Source: Candidatus Aldehydirespiratoraceae bacterium
GTDB lineage: Bacteria > Actinomycetota > Acidimicrobiia > Acidimicrobiales > Aldehydirespiratoraceae
Direction of reading: 5' to 3'
Length of the DNA: 64,000 nt
Assembly: GCA_965221585.1 (NCBI GenBank)
Contig: OZ244898.1
Coordinates: forward strand, 1,017,420-1,081,419
Shown here: positions 46,294-54,833 of the stretch, one piece after another
Numbering within the stretch: the stretch's first letter is position 1
Layout of the letters: every line of letters begins with the position of its first letter
Made by a program: the position numbers and the translations under genes
The notes under the pieces: model-generated
Seen by the model: the letters and a program-made list of their open reading frames with translations, nothing else
Databases searched by the model: none
Told to the model about the DNA's origin: nothing

Positions 46294-48636
46294 TCAGAAT
46301 CCCCTGGGGCGAGTACCGATCACGCCGTCTTCTTCCAACGCGTTGAGCCGTTCGACGTCGAGGCCCAACAGGTCGCCGAGCACCGCTTGATTGTGTTCGC
46401 CCATGAGCGGGGCTGGTGTGCGCAACCAGCGGTCGACGGTCGCATAGCGGAACGGCATGCCCGGAGTCTTGTGGGTGCCCACCAAAGGGTGGGCGACTGG
46501 CTCGAAGAGCCCGCGAGCCCTCAGCTGCGGATGGCCGTCGAAGGTCCGCGGATCCCAACACACCGCGGCTGGTACGCCAGCTTCGCAGAGCGCGTCAGCC
46601 GTCGAGCCGACCTCGCGTGACGACGACCACTCGCTGAGTGCCTCGTCGAGACGATCGTGGTGCGCCACGCGTCCTTCGAACGTCGCGAGATCCGAATCCG
46701 CTGCCCACTCCGGCGAGCCGAGCATCTCGACCAAGGCCTGCCATTGGTCGTCGGTCTCCACGCTGATGGCCAGCCACGTCTCGTGGCCGGCGCCGGGGTA
46801 CACACCCTGCGGCGCCGCGCTTGCTGAACGATTGGCGCGGCGAGGCATCACCTCGCCGTATGCCGAGTGTTCGAGCAGCGGCAGCGGGCAGGCGTTGAGC
46901 GCTGCCTCGATCATGGTCGCTTCGACGAAGAGCCCGTTGCCGCCCCGTCGCTCGCGCTCGATTAGTGCGACGAGCATGGCCCAAGCGCCGTGCACGCCTG
47001 CGATCGGGTCACAGGGTCCCTTCGGGATGAGCGGTGCGTCGTCGGGATAGCCGGTGATCGACGCCATCGTCATCTGTTCCATCGTCTGCGCGAACCCGAC
47101 TCGGTCGCGCCATGGTCCGGTGATTCCGAACGCTGGCATGCGGGTGTAGATGACGTTCGGGTTGAGTGCCTGGACGGTCGCCTCGTCCAGCCCCCAGTTC
47201 TCCATGACCCGCGGTGAGAAGTTCTCGACGACGAGGTCGGCCCAGCCGATCAGCTCGCCGACGAGCTCTCGGCCCGTCTCGCTCGACAGGTCGAGGGTGA
47301 TTCCCCGCTTGTTCGTGTTCACGGGGAAGTAGATGTGGCTCGACTCCCACCAGGGGTCGACCCCGGTGAGAAAGCCGGTCATGCGCACGCCGTCGGGATG
47401 GCTCGTGCTCTCGAGGTGGATCACATCTGCGCCGAGCGTTGCCAGCCAGTGGGTCGCCGCCGGGCCGGCCCACCACGCGGTGAGGTCGAGCACACGGACT
47501 CCGGCAAGCGGTAGACCTGCGGGGTCGGCATCCGGCTCGGTCGGGGTCGGAGCCGGGCGTGGCGTGATCTTTTCGCGGTCGGCGTCGAGCGCGGGCGCCA
47601 GACGAGGTAGCGGGCCGTTCTCACCGTCGAAGCGGTAGGGGCGGCGCGGTTGGTGGAACCCGCCCGGATGCTCGACGAACACGCCCCGCTCGCGCAGATG
47701 ATCGTTGGTCATGATCGTGGCGCCGTCATAGATCGGCGTGACCGGAATGCGGAGCGCACTCGCGAGCTCGACGATCTCGTCAACCGTACGTTCCCGGATC
47801 CAGCCTTCCATGATGCCCGGCCAGTCGTCGCGCCTGGATCGGCTCCATTGGTAGACCAGTTCTTCGTCGTCGAGCAGGTCGGCCCGATCGATCAAGATCA
47901 GGAAGCTCTGGAACATCTGGGCGGTGTTGGTGTTGAAGCCGACGTAGCCGTCCTTGGCGAGCTCGATCGACGGCGACTCCATGCTCCGAGCCGGTGTATC
48001 AAGGTCCGGTTCGCCGGAGAGCTGGTGCAGCAGGTTGGAGAAGATGGGAACGGTCGCGGCGACGACATCGGTCATCGAGAGGTCGATGTGTTCGCCGATT
48101 CCTGTCCGTTGGGCCCGCATCACGGCCGCGAGCGCCGGCGGCGCGGCGAACGCGCCGCCCATGAACTCCGCGAGGCGACCACCTGCCGCAACCGGCTCTC
48201 GTTCGGGTCGACCCCGGAACTGCGTCGACCCGCTCTCGGCCTGGACGGTGAACTCGTTCGCCACCCGGCCTGCGTAGGGACCGGTTCGACCGAAGGGTGT
48301 AATCGACAGCACGACTAGGTGGGGGTGCTGAGTGCGGATCGCGTCGACGTCCGCCTCACCTGATTCAACGAGGAGATCGGCACCTTCGAGGAGCGCGTCG
48401 ATCTCGGGATCACCGAGCTCGCCGATGATCGAACGCTTGCCGGCATTGAGGAACTGGAACAGCGCACTGTCGCCGTCGAGGTCAGCGCCGACCGCGCTGT
48501 ACGAGCGGGTCGAATCACCGTCGGCCGGTTCGACCTTCACGACTTCGGCTCCCGCATCGGCGAAGAGCTTGGAGGCGTACGGGCCGGCGACGTCGACGGT
48601 GATGTCGACGATTCGCAGGTGGTCGAGCGTCTGCAT
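46294..48636 (-). CDS. tandem-fused class III (CaiB/BaiF) CoA-transferase, two modules in one chain
   Basis: ATG 48636 (MQTLDHLRIVDITVDVAGPYASKLFADAGAEVVKVE). A second module starts LAGVRVLDLTAWWAGPAATHWLATLGADVIHLE. ATGA overlap with the upstream amidohydrolase stop. Confidence 0.8.
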   Translation of the reverse strand: MQTLDHLRIVDITVDVAGPYASKLFADAGAEVVKVEPADGDSTRSYSAVGADLDGDSALFQFLNAGKRSIIGELGDPEIDALLEGADLLVESGEADVDAIRTQHPHLVVLSITPFGRTGPYAGRVANEFTVQAESGSTQFRGRPEREPVAAGGRLAEFMGGAFAAPPALAAVMRAQRTGIGEHIDLSMTDVVAATVPIFSNLLHQLSGEPDLDTPARSMESPSIELAKDGYVGFNTNTAQMFQSFLILIDRADLLDDEELVYQWSRSRRDDWPGIMEGWIRERTVDEIVELASALRIPVTPIYDGATIMTNDHLRERGVFVEHPGGFHQPRRPYRFDGENGPLPRLAPALDADREKITPRPAPTPTEPDADPAGLPLAGVRVLDLTAWWAGPAATHWLATLGADVIHLESTSHPDGVRMTGFLTGVDPWWESSHIYFPVNTNKRGITLDLSSETGRELVGELIGWADLVVENFSPRVMENWGLDEATVQALNPNVIYTRMPAFGITGPWRDRVGFAQTMEQMTMASITGYPDDAPLIPKGPCDPIAGVHGAWAMLVALIERERRGGNGLFVEATMIEAALNACPLPLLEHSAYGEVMPRRANRSASAAPQGVYPGAGHETWLAISVETDDQWQALVEMLGSPEWAADSDLATFEGRVAHHDRLDEALSEWSSSREVGSTADALCEAGVPAAVCWDPRTFDGHPQLRARGLFEPVAHPLVGTHKTPGMPFRYATVDRWLRTPAPLMGEHNQAVLGDLLGLDVERLNALEEDGVIGTRPRGF

Positions 48637-49775
48637 CAGCTGGCGGCCGCCATCTCCGACGGTGGCGAAGACACGTGCGGGAACAACTCTTCGAACGCGC
48701 CGCGGGTGATGCGGTACCGGACGTCCTCGTCGAGGTCGTCGACCAGTCCGTGGAGCGTTTCCTGCGTGTGGCCGAACGTGCCTTCGATGTGGGGGTAGTC
48801 GCTTCCGAACATGACGTTGCGGTAGCCCATCGCCCACAGCGCGGCGGGTGCGGTCTCGTCGTGTTGAAAGCTCGCGTACACGTGCTCATAGAGGTAGTCC
48901 TTCGGAGGCCGCGCGAGTTTGGGGCGGACGAACATCTGGTGCTGGCGGAACCCCTCGTTCATGCGGTCACCGATGAACGGCACCCACGAGGCACCGCCTT
49001 CGGCGATCAGTACTCGGAGACCGGGATGGCGTTCGAACGCGCCGCTGGCGACGAGCTTCATGGCCGCGTACTGGCCACCGATTCCGCTGTGGACATAGTT
49101 GAGTACGGCGCCGCCCGGGCCTCGGAAGTTGGACGCCTGGTCGCCGCCATCGGTGCCGATGTGGAACGCGATGACGAGGCCCGATTCGTCGGCTGCCGCC
49201 CAGAGCGGGTCCCACGCCTTGTCGTTGTAGTCGGGTGCGGCCTTCGGGTGGCCAGTCGGCATGTTGACCAGGTGCAGCCCCACCTCCGCGGCGTGGTACA
49301 GCTCGGCGACGGCGGAGTCGACGTCGACCAGGGGCATGAGGGCGGCCGGGACGAGTCGATCGGGGGCGACGTCTTGGATCTCGGATGCGAGCCATTCGTT
49401 CTCGGCTCGCGCGGCTGCGTTGATGAGATCGCGGTCTTCGATGAGCGCGCACCATAGTCCGATCGACTGGAACATCACCTCAGCCCAGACGCCCTCTTGG
49501 TCGAGGTCGACCAGCCGCGCGTTGATGTCGCGTGCGCCGGGGGGTCGGTGGTTCAACTCGGCGATGTTGAGCCCGCCCTCGCCCTTGACCTTGAGGATCT
49601 TGGGGATGGGCCGCGAGAAGCTCGTGCCGTCGACAGTGACGCGTTCCTCGTCGTCGCTGATGCGTTCGACGCGGGGCATGCGCTCCGCGAGTGCTTTGGG
49701 CATGATCGATTGCCAGTGGTTCTTCGGCTCGAGGAAGTGTGAGTCGGCGGAGTGGGTCCAGATCTTGTCTGTCAT
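48636..49775 (-). CDS. amidohydrolase-2 family metal-dependent hydrolase
   Basis: HSADSHFLEP near the N-terminus, FHIGTDGG, GSDYPHIEG (TIM-barrel amidohydrolase landmarks). Confidence 0.8.
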   Translation of the reverse strand: MTDKIWTHSADSHFLEPKNHWQSIMPKALAERMPRVERISDDEERVTVDGTSFSRPIPKILKVKGEGGLNIAELNHRPPGARDINARLVDLDQEGVWAEVMFQSIGLWCALIEDRDLINAAARAENEWLASEIQDVAPDRLVPAALMPLVDVDSAVAELYHAAEVGLHLVNMPTGHPKAAPDYNDKAWDPLWAAADESGLVIAFHIGTDGGDQASNFRGPGGAVLNYVHSGIGGQYAAMKLVASGAFERHPGLRVLIAEGGASWVPFIGDRMNEGFRQHQMFVRPKLARPPKDYLYEHVYASFQHDETAPAALWAMGYRNVMFGSDYPHIEGTFGHTQETLHGLVDDLDEDVRYRITRGAFEELFPHVSSPPSEMAAAS

Positions 49776-49817
49776 GATGGGTGGCTCCTGGGTCGGTGTG
49801 CTTGGGGGTGTGGAGTG

Positions 49818-50987
49818 TTATCGGTCGGTGGCGAGGATCAGTCCGCTGGTGGGCACGCCGGTGCCGGCGGTGGCGAGGACGTGTTCGACGTCGGCGACTT
49901 GGTTGATGGCGGTGCCGCGCACCTGCCGGACGGCTTCGGTGATGCCGTTCATGCCGTGGATGTAGGCCTCGCCCAGCAAGCCGCCGTGGGGGTTCATCGG
50001 TAGCTCTCCGTCGAGGCTCAGATTCGCGACGGTGGCGAAGTCGTTGGCCTCGCCCCGACCGCAGAACCCGAGCGCTTCGAGCTGCATGAACACGAATGGC
50101 GTGAAGTGGTCGTAGAGGGCGGCGGTCTGGATGTCGGCGGGGGTGATGCCGGCCTGGCCCCAGAGCTGGGTCGCGACCACGCCGAGGTCGGGCAGGCCGG
50201 TGATGTCGTCGCGGTAATAGCTGGTGACCATCTCGCTGTCGAAGCTGGCTCCCTGGGCAGCGGCCGCGATCACCGCAGGCGGGTTCGGTAGGTCGCGGGC
50301 TCGTTCGATCGAGGTGACCACGAGCGCGACGCCGCCATCGCTCTCCTGACAGCAGTCGAGAAGGCGAAGCACCGGGTCGACCACCCACTTGGAGCTCTGG
50401 TGGTCGTCGATGGTGATCGGCCGCTCGTAGAACCAGGCGTGGGGGTTGGTGGCAGCGTGGGCCCGATCGATCACAGCGATGCGGCCGAAGTCGGCGTTGG
50501 TCACGCCGTACGCGTGCATGTAGCGCTGAGCGTGAACCGCCACCCAGGCGGCCGGGGTCAGCAACCCGAAGGGCGCGTACCACGACAGCCACAACGGCAC
50601 CTTCGACAGCGACCCTGTGACGTTCCCGAAGCGGCGACCTGACCGCTCGTTGAAGGCCCGGTAGACCACCACGACCTCCGCGATCCCGGTGGTGACCGCC
50701 ATCGCAGCCTGTTGCACGGTGCCACACGCGGCTCCCCCGCCGTAGGGGATGCGGCTGAAGAAGGTGAGATCGTCGATGCCGAGGTTGCGGGCCACCTCGG
50801 CCTCTTCGCTGGAATCGAGGCTGAACGTGACGAGCCCTCCGACGTCGGCCGGCTCAAGCCCGGCGTCGGTGAGCGCAGCGCGTACCGACTCGCATGCCAG
50901 CTGAAGCTCGCTGCGCCCGGAGTCCTTCGAGAACTCAGTCTGGCCAATCCCGGCGATCGCCGCGCGGCGAGACAGGGGGTACGTCAT
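49818..50987 (-). CDS. thiolase-like lipid-transfer protein (Ltp2/SCP-x-type, probable retro-aldolase or thiolase)
   Basis: 389 aa thiolase fold (GGAACGTVQQAAMAV, NPHGGLLGEAYIHGMNGI). ATGA overlap with the upstream hotdog gene. Confidence 0.85.
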   Translation of the reverse strand: MTYPLSRRAAIAGIGQTEFSKDSGRSELQLACESVRAALTDAGLEPADVGGLVTFSLDSSEEAEVARNLGIDDLTFFSRIPYGGGAACGTVQQAAMAVTTGIAEVVVVYRAFNERSGRRFGNVTGSLSKVPLWLSWYAPFGLLTPAAWVAVHAQRYMHAYGVTNADFGRIAVIDRAHAATNPHAWFYERPITIDDHQSSKWVVDPVLRLLDCCQESDGGVALVVTSIERARDLPNPPAVIAAAAQGASFDSEMVTSYYRDDITGLPDLGVVATQLWGQAGITPADIQTAALYDHFTPFVFMQLEALGFCGRGEANDFATVANLSLDGELPMNPHGGLLGEAYIHGMNGITEAVRQVRGTAINQVADVEHVLATAGTGVPTSGLILATDR

Positions 50988-51388
50988 CGGTCGGCCAACA
51001 GTGAGAGCGTCGCAGTGCCGGACGCATGATCGCCGTGTTCGGTTCTGGCGGTGAAGGTGACCTCGACGATGCGTTCGCCGTCGCGCTCGTCCACCGCGGT
51101 GACCTCGCCCTCGAACGACAGGGTCGTGCCGGGGTACACCGGCACGCCAAGCCGGATCGACAGCGACCGCAGCATGGCGTCGGGGCCGGCCCAGTCGGTG
51201 AGGTAGCGACTGCAGTAGCCGTTGGTCGACATGATATTCATGAACACGTCGGGTGAACCGTGCTGGTTGGCGTAAGCCTTGTCGTGATGGACCGGCATGA
51301 AGTCGCGTGACGCGAGGGCGCCGGCGACGATGCGAGTGGCCGTCATCTTGTAGGCGGCCGCCGGGAGTCGAGCGCCGACGGCGATCAT
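50984..51388 (-). CDS. MaoC-like (R)-hydratase hotdog subunit (ChsH1-like)
   Basis: 134 aa, ASRDFMPVHHDKAYAN (hydratase motif region) and a C-terminal hotdog sheet. Confidence 0.8.
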   Translation of the reverse strand: MIAVGARLPAAAYKMTATRIVAGALASRDFMPVHHDKAYANQHGSPDVFMNIMSTNGYCSRYLTDWAGPDAMLRSLSIRLGVPVYPGTTLSFEGEVTAVDERDGERIVEVTFTARTEHGDHASGTATLSLLADR

Positions 51389-51801
51389 GGCGCCTCGGTC
51401 GGTCGGAACTGGTGCAGAACGAGATCGTCGTCGAAGGTGACGAACGCGACCTCGACCGCCATGTCGTTGACGACGTCTCCGGGCGTGGTGTCGATGAGGT
51501 TCGTGATCAGCCGGGTCCCCTCTTCGAGGTCGATCAAAGCGACGATGTAGGGGTACTCCATGAACGGAAACGGCGGGTGCGTCGGCTTCACGAAGCTATG
51601 AACCGTCCCCCGTCCCGACGCGACCACGTAGTTCCAGTTGAGCGAGTTGCATCTCGGGCACATCGGCCGGGGCGGATGTCGCTGTTGACCACAGTCGGCG
51701 CAGCGCTGGATGCGCAGTTCGTGCTCTTTGAGCCCGTCCCAGAAGAATCGGGTGTCGGGTGACATCGAGGGCCGGAGCCTTGAGCCAGCTGTGTCGGTCA
51801 T
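51385..51801 (-). CDS. DUF35 OB-fold/zinc-ribbon protein
   Basis: Rubredoxin-like CADCGQQRHPPRPMCPRCNS followed by an OB-fold segment. 4-nt overlaps on both sides. Confidence 0.85.
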   Translation of the reverse strand: MTDTAGSRLRPSMSPDTRFFWDGLKEHELRIQRCADCGQQRHPPRPMCPRCNSLNWNYVVASGRGTVHSFVKPTHPPFPFMEYPYIVALIDLEEGTRLITNLIDTTPGDVVNDMAVEVAFVTFDDDLVLHQFRPTEAP

Positions 51802-52343
51802 GCCGCCGCCTCGGGCCGAAACTTGAGCATCCGGAATCTCTGTCGGCCAACCACCTCGTCGCCCACGCGAAACGTGGTGAGCCAGGTGATGAAATGGCCG
51901 GGCCCGAGGCGCGTGTTCTTCTCGTCAGAGATCTCCTCAACCTCACTCGTCGAGGTGACGGTCTCGCCCAAGCGGAGGTAGCGCTCGAACTCGAACTCGG
52001 AGTTGACAGCGAGGCTCCCGCGGTAGCCGGCGTCGTCAAAAACCTTGAGGGGGCTCGCGGCTGCCGGGCGCGGAGCGCCACCCCGTTCGCCAATGCCCTC
52101 GAGCATCGGCGTGGCCATGATCCAGGTCTGCAGCATCGCGGGTGGGGCTACCAGTCCGCCGTGACGCGACGGCACCGCCGCCTTCTCATCGAGGTACACC
52201 GGGTTGTGGTCGTCGAAGGCGGCGGCCCAGTGGCGAATCATCGCCAGGTTGACCGGGTCTGGCGCGACCGACCCGACAGGATCTCCGATCGGCTCGCCGA
52301 GGATCGAGTCGAGCACAGCGCGAGGAATCGAGGCGTCGCTCAC
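51798..52343 (-). CDS. MaoC-like N-terminal-type hotdog subunit (ChsH2 N-domain-like)
   Basis: 181 aa, GTG start. IRHWAAAFDDHNPVYLD and a hotdog-fold C-terminus. Confidence 0.75.
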   Translation of the reverse strand: MSDASIPRAVLDSILGEPIGDPVGSVAPDPVNLAMIRHWAAAFDDHNPVYLDEKAAVPSRHGGLVAPPAMLQTWIMATPMLEGIGERGGAPRPAAASPLKVFDDAGYRGSLAVNSEFEFERYLRLGETVTSTSEVEEISDEKNTRLGPGHFITWLTTFRVGDEVVGRQRFRMLKFRPEAAA

Positions 52344-52446
52344 CCCAGTTCAGTACCACATCGTCGGCGATTAGTCAGATTTGATGAGTACCAACCGTTC
52401 CTGCAACGATGCACTACCCCCCACGATTCGACGCGCAAGGACCTCG

Positions 52447-54231
52447 ATGAGCATCGACGACAGCCTCGGGTTCGATCCCGATGCCCTCCGCGAGAGGTAC
52501 CGTATCGAGCGCGACAAGCGCCTCCGGCCGGAAGGAAACCGGCAGTACGTGCAAGTCACTGGCAAGCTGGCATCGTTGCTCGACGACCCGCACGTAGCCG
52601 AGGAGATCGAACGCGATCCGGTCGACGAAGCGCTCGACGTGCTTGTGATCGGCGCCGGCTTCTGTGGGCTGCTGACCGGCGCCCGACTCCGTCAGGCCGG
52701 CGTCGAGGACCTCCGCATCATCGAGGCAGCCGGAGACGTCGGCGGCACCTGGTACTGGAACCAGTACCCAGGCGTACAGTGCGATGTCGAGTCCTACATC
52801 TACCTCCCGCTCTTGGAAGAACTCGGCTACATGCCGACGCTCAAGTACGCGTACGGCCCCGAGATCCGTTCCCACGCGGAGAACATCGCCCACCAGTTCC
52901 GGCTCTACGACGGCGCGTTGTTCCAGACGTGGGTGACCAACCTCGACTGGGACAACGCGGCAGACCGTTGGATTGTCACCACCAACCGCGGCGATCGCCT
53001 CGCCGCCCGCTTCGTCGTTGTCGGAAACGGACCTCTCTCGATGCCGAAGCTGCCCGGTATCCCCGGCATCGACGAGTTCGCCGGTCACATGTTCCACACC
53101 AGCCGGTGGGACTACGACTACACGGGTGGCGACACCACTGGCGGTCTCACGAAACTCAAGGACAAGAAGGTCGGTGTCGTTGGCACTGGCGCGACCGGCA
53201 TCCAGTGCGTCCCTCATCTGGGCGAGGCCGCTGAACACCTCTATGTGTTCCAGCGGACCCCGTCATCGGTCGATGTCCGCAACAACCGACCGACCGACCC
53301 CGAGTGGGTCGAGTCGCTGGAACCAGGATGGCAGGAAGAACGCATCGCGAACTTCTCGATCCTGACATCGGGCGGACACGCTGACGAAGATCTTGTCAGC
53401 GACGGCTGGACCGATATCATCCGCAAGTTCTCGGGAATGGCGAAGAACCGCGACGACGCCGACACGGCGACACTTGCCGAACTCGCGGACTTCGAAAAGA
53501 TGGAAGAGATCCGCGCACGAGTCGACGAGTTCGTCGATGACCCCGATACCGCCGAGTCGCTCAAACCGTGGTATCGCCAGTTCTGCAAGCGTCCCTGTTT
53601 CCATGACGACTATCTCGCCACGTACGGCCGCGACAACGTCACCCTGGTCGACACCGACGGCAAGGGCGTCGAACGGATGACCGAAGCCGGCGTCGTCGTC
53701 GACGGCGACGAATACGAGGTCGACCTGCTCGTATTCGCGACTGGGTTCGAGGTCGGCACCGACTACAGCCGCCGCGCCTCGATGGAGATCCGAGGCGCGG
53801 ATGGCCAGACCCTCACCGACCACTGGGCCGACGGCATCACCACCCTCCACGGATTGATGACGAATGGATTCCCCAACCTCTTCCTCATGGGCGGAATGCA
53901 GTCCGGCGTGACGCCGAACTTCACCGAGCTGTACAACGAACAGAGCCAGCACGTCGCCTACATCGTTCGGGAAGGCCTCGGCCAGCCGGAGCAGGTCATC
54001 GAGGCCGACGAAACCGCCGTGGTCGGGTGGGTAGAGACCGTGAAAGCAACGGCCAACACCAATTCGACATTCGCCGAGAACTGCACGCCCGGCTACTACA
54101 ACAACGAAGGCCAACCCGGACAGGGACCCGGCTGGTTCGGTGGCAACTACATGGGCGGCGCTCAGGCCTTCTTCGCTATCCTCCGAGACTGGCGGGAGCA
54201 GGGCGACTTGAATGGAATGACCCGACGATGA
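52447..54231 (+). CDS. Baeyer-Villiger (type I flavin) monooxygenase
   Basis: GAGFCG and GTGATG dinucleotide sites, BVMO fingerprint FAGHMFHTSRWD. ATG 52447 has AAGGA upstream. Confidence 0.9.
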   Translation: MSIDDSLGFDPDALRERYRIERDKRLRPEGNRQYVQVTGKLASLLDDPHVAEEIERDPVDEALDVLVIGAGFCGLLTGARLRQAGVEDLRIIEAAGDVGGTWYWNQYPGVQCDVESYIYLPLLEELGYMPTLKYAYGPEIRSHAENIAHQFRLYDGALFQTWVTNLDWDNAADRWIVTTNRGDRLAARFVVVGNGPLSMPKLPGIPGIDEFAGHMFHTSRWDYDYTGGDTTGGLTKLKDKKVGVVGTGATGIQCVPHLGEAAEHLYVFQRTPSSVDVRNNRPTDPEWVESLEPGWQEERIANFSILTSGGHADEDLVSDGWTDIIRKFSGMAKNRDDADTATLAELADFEKMEEIRARVDEFVDDPDTAESLKPWYRQFCKRPCFHDDYLATYGRDNVTLVDTDGKGVERMTEAGVVVDGDEYEVDLLVFATGFEVGTDYSRRASMEIRGADGQTLTDHWADGITTLHGLMTNGFPNLFLMGGMQSGVTPNFTELYNEQSQHVAYIVREGLGQPEQVIEADETAVVGWVETVKATANTNSTFAENCTPGYYNNEGQPGQGPGWFGGNYMGGAQAFFAILRDWREQGDLNGMTRR

Positions 54232-54241
54232 GGAGTCGACG

Positions 54242-54703
54242 ATGAACCCGATCTATCAGTTCGATGGCGACAAGATCGCGTGGACCTCCACCGACGATCC
54301 AACCCAGGGCTACCCGTGCAAGTACGAGATGGCTGTCCTTGGTGCCGACCCCGAGACCGGGCGACTGGATCTGATCGTGCGCTGGCCACCCAACTCGTAC
54401 TGCCATTTCCACCGCCACGTCGCTGACACCGCGGTGCTCGTCCTCGAAGGTGAACAGCACATCGTCGAGATCCACGACGACGGCACCGAAGGCGAACACA
54501 AGGTGCGGCCAGCCGGCACCTATGTGATGAGCCCTGGCGGCGAGGCCCACATGGAGTATGGCGGACCCGAGGGCGCCACCGTCTTTTTCGCGCTCCAGGC
54601 CGGTGACGGGCCCGTTTTCGAGACGCTCGATCTCGACATGAACATCCTCAACGCCGCCACCGTCGCCGACATGGCCGAGTCGGCGACCCTCGATGCCGGC
54701 TGA
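54242..54703 (+). CDS. cupin-like small protein
   Basis: 153 aa, HFHRHVADTAVLVLEGE ... PGGEAHMEYG (two-His cupin-type motifs). Confidence 0.6.
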   Translation: MNPIYQFDGDKIAWTSTDDPTQGYPCKYEMAVLGADPETGRLDLIVRWPPNSYCHFHRHVADTAVLVLEGEQHIVEIHDDGTEGEHKVRPAGTYVMSPGGEAHMEYGGPEGATVFFALQAGDGPVFETLDLDMNILNAATVADMAESATLDAG

Positions 54704-54833
54704 TCCAGCAGCCCTCCGCGACACACCCACGAATCCCAGCAGAATCTGAGACGTTGGCCGAGGCCGGACCAGCACCACCCTTTCAGCCCCTAGGGACCTG
54801 TCGGTCCTGGTCGGCGGACCGGGAGCGGTTAGC

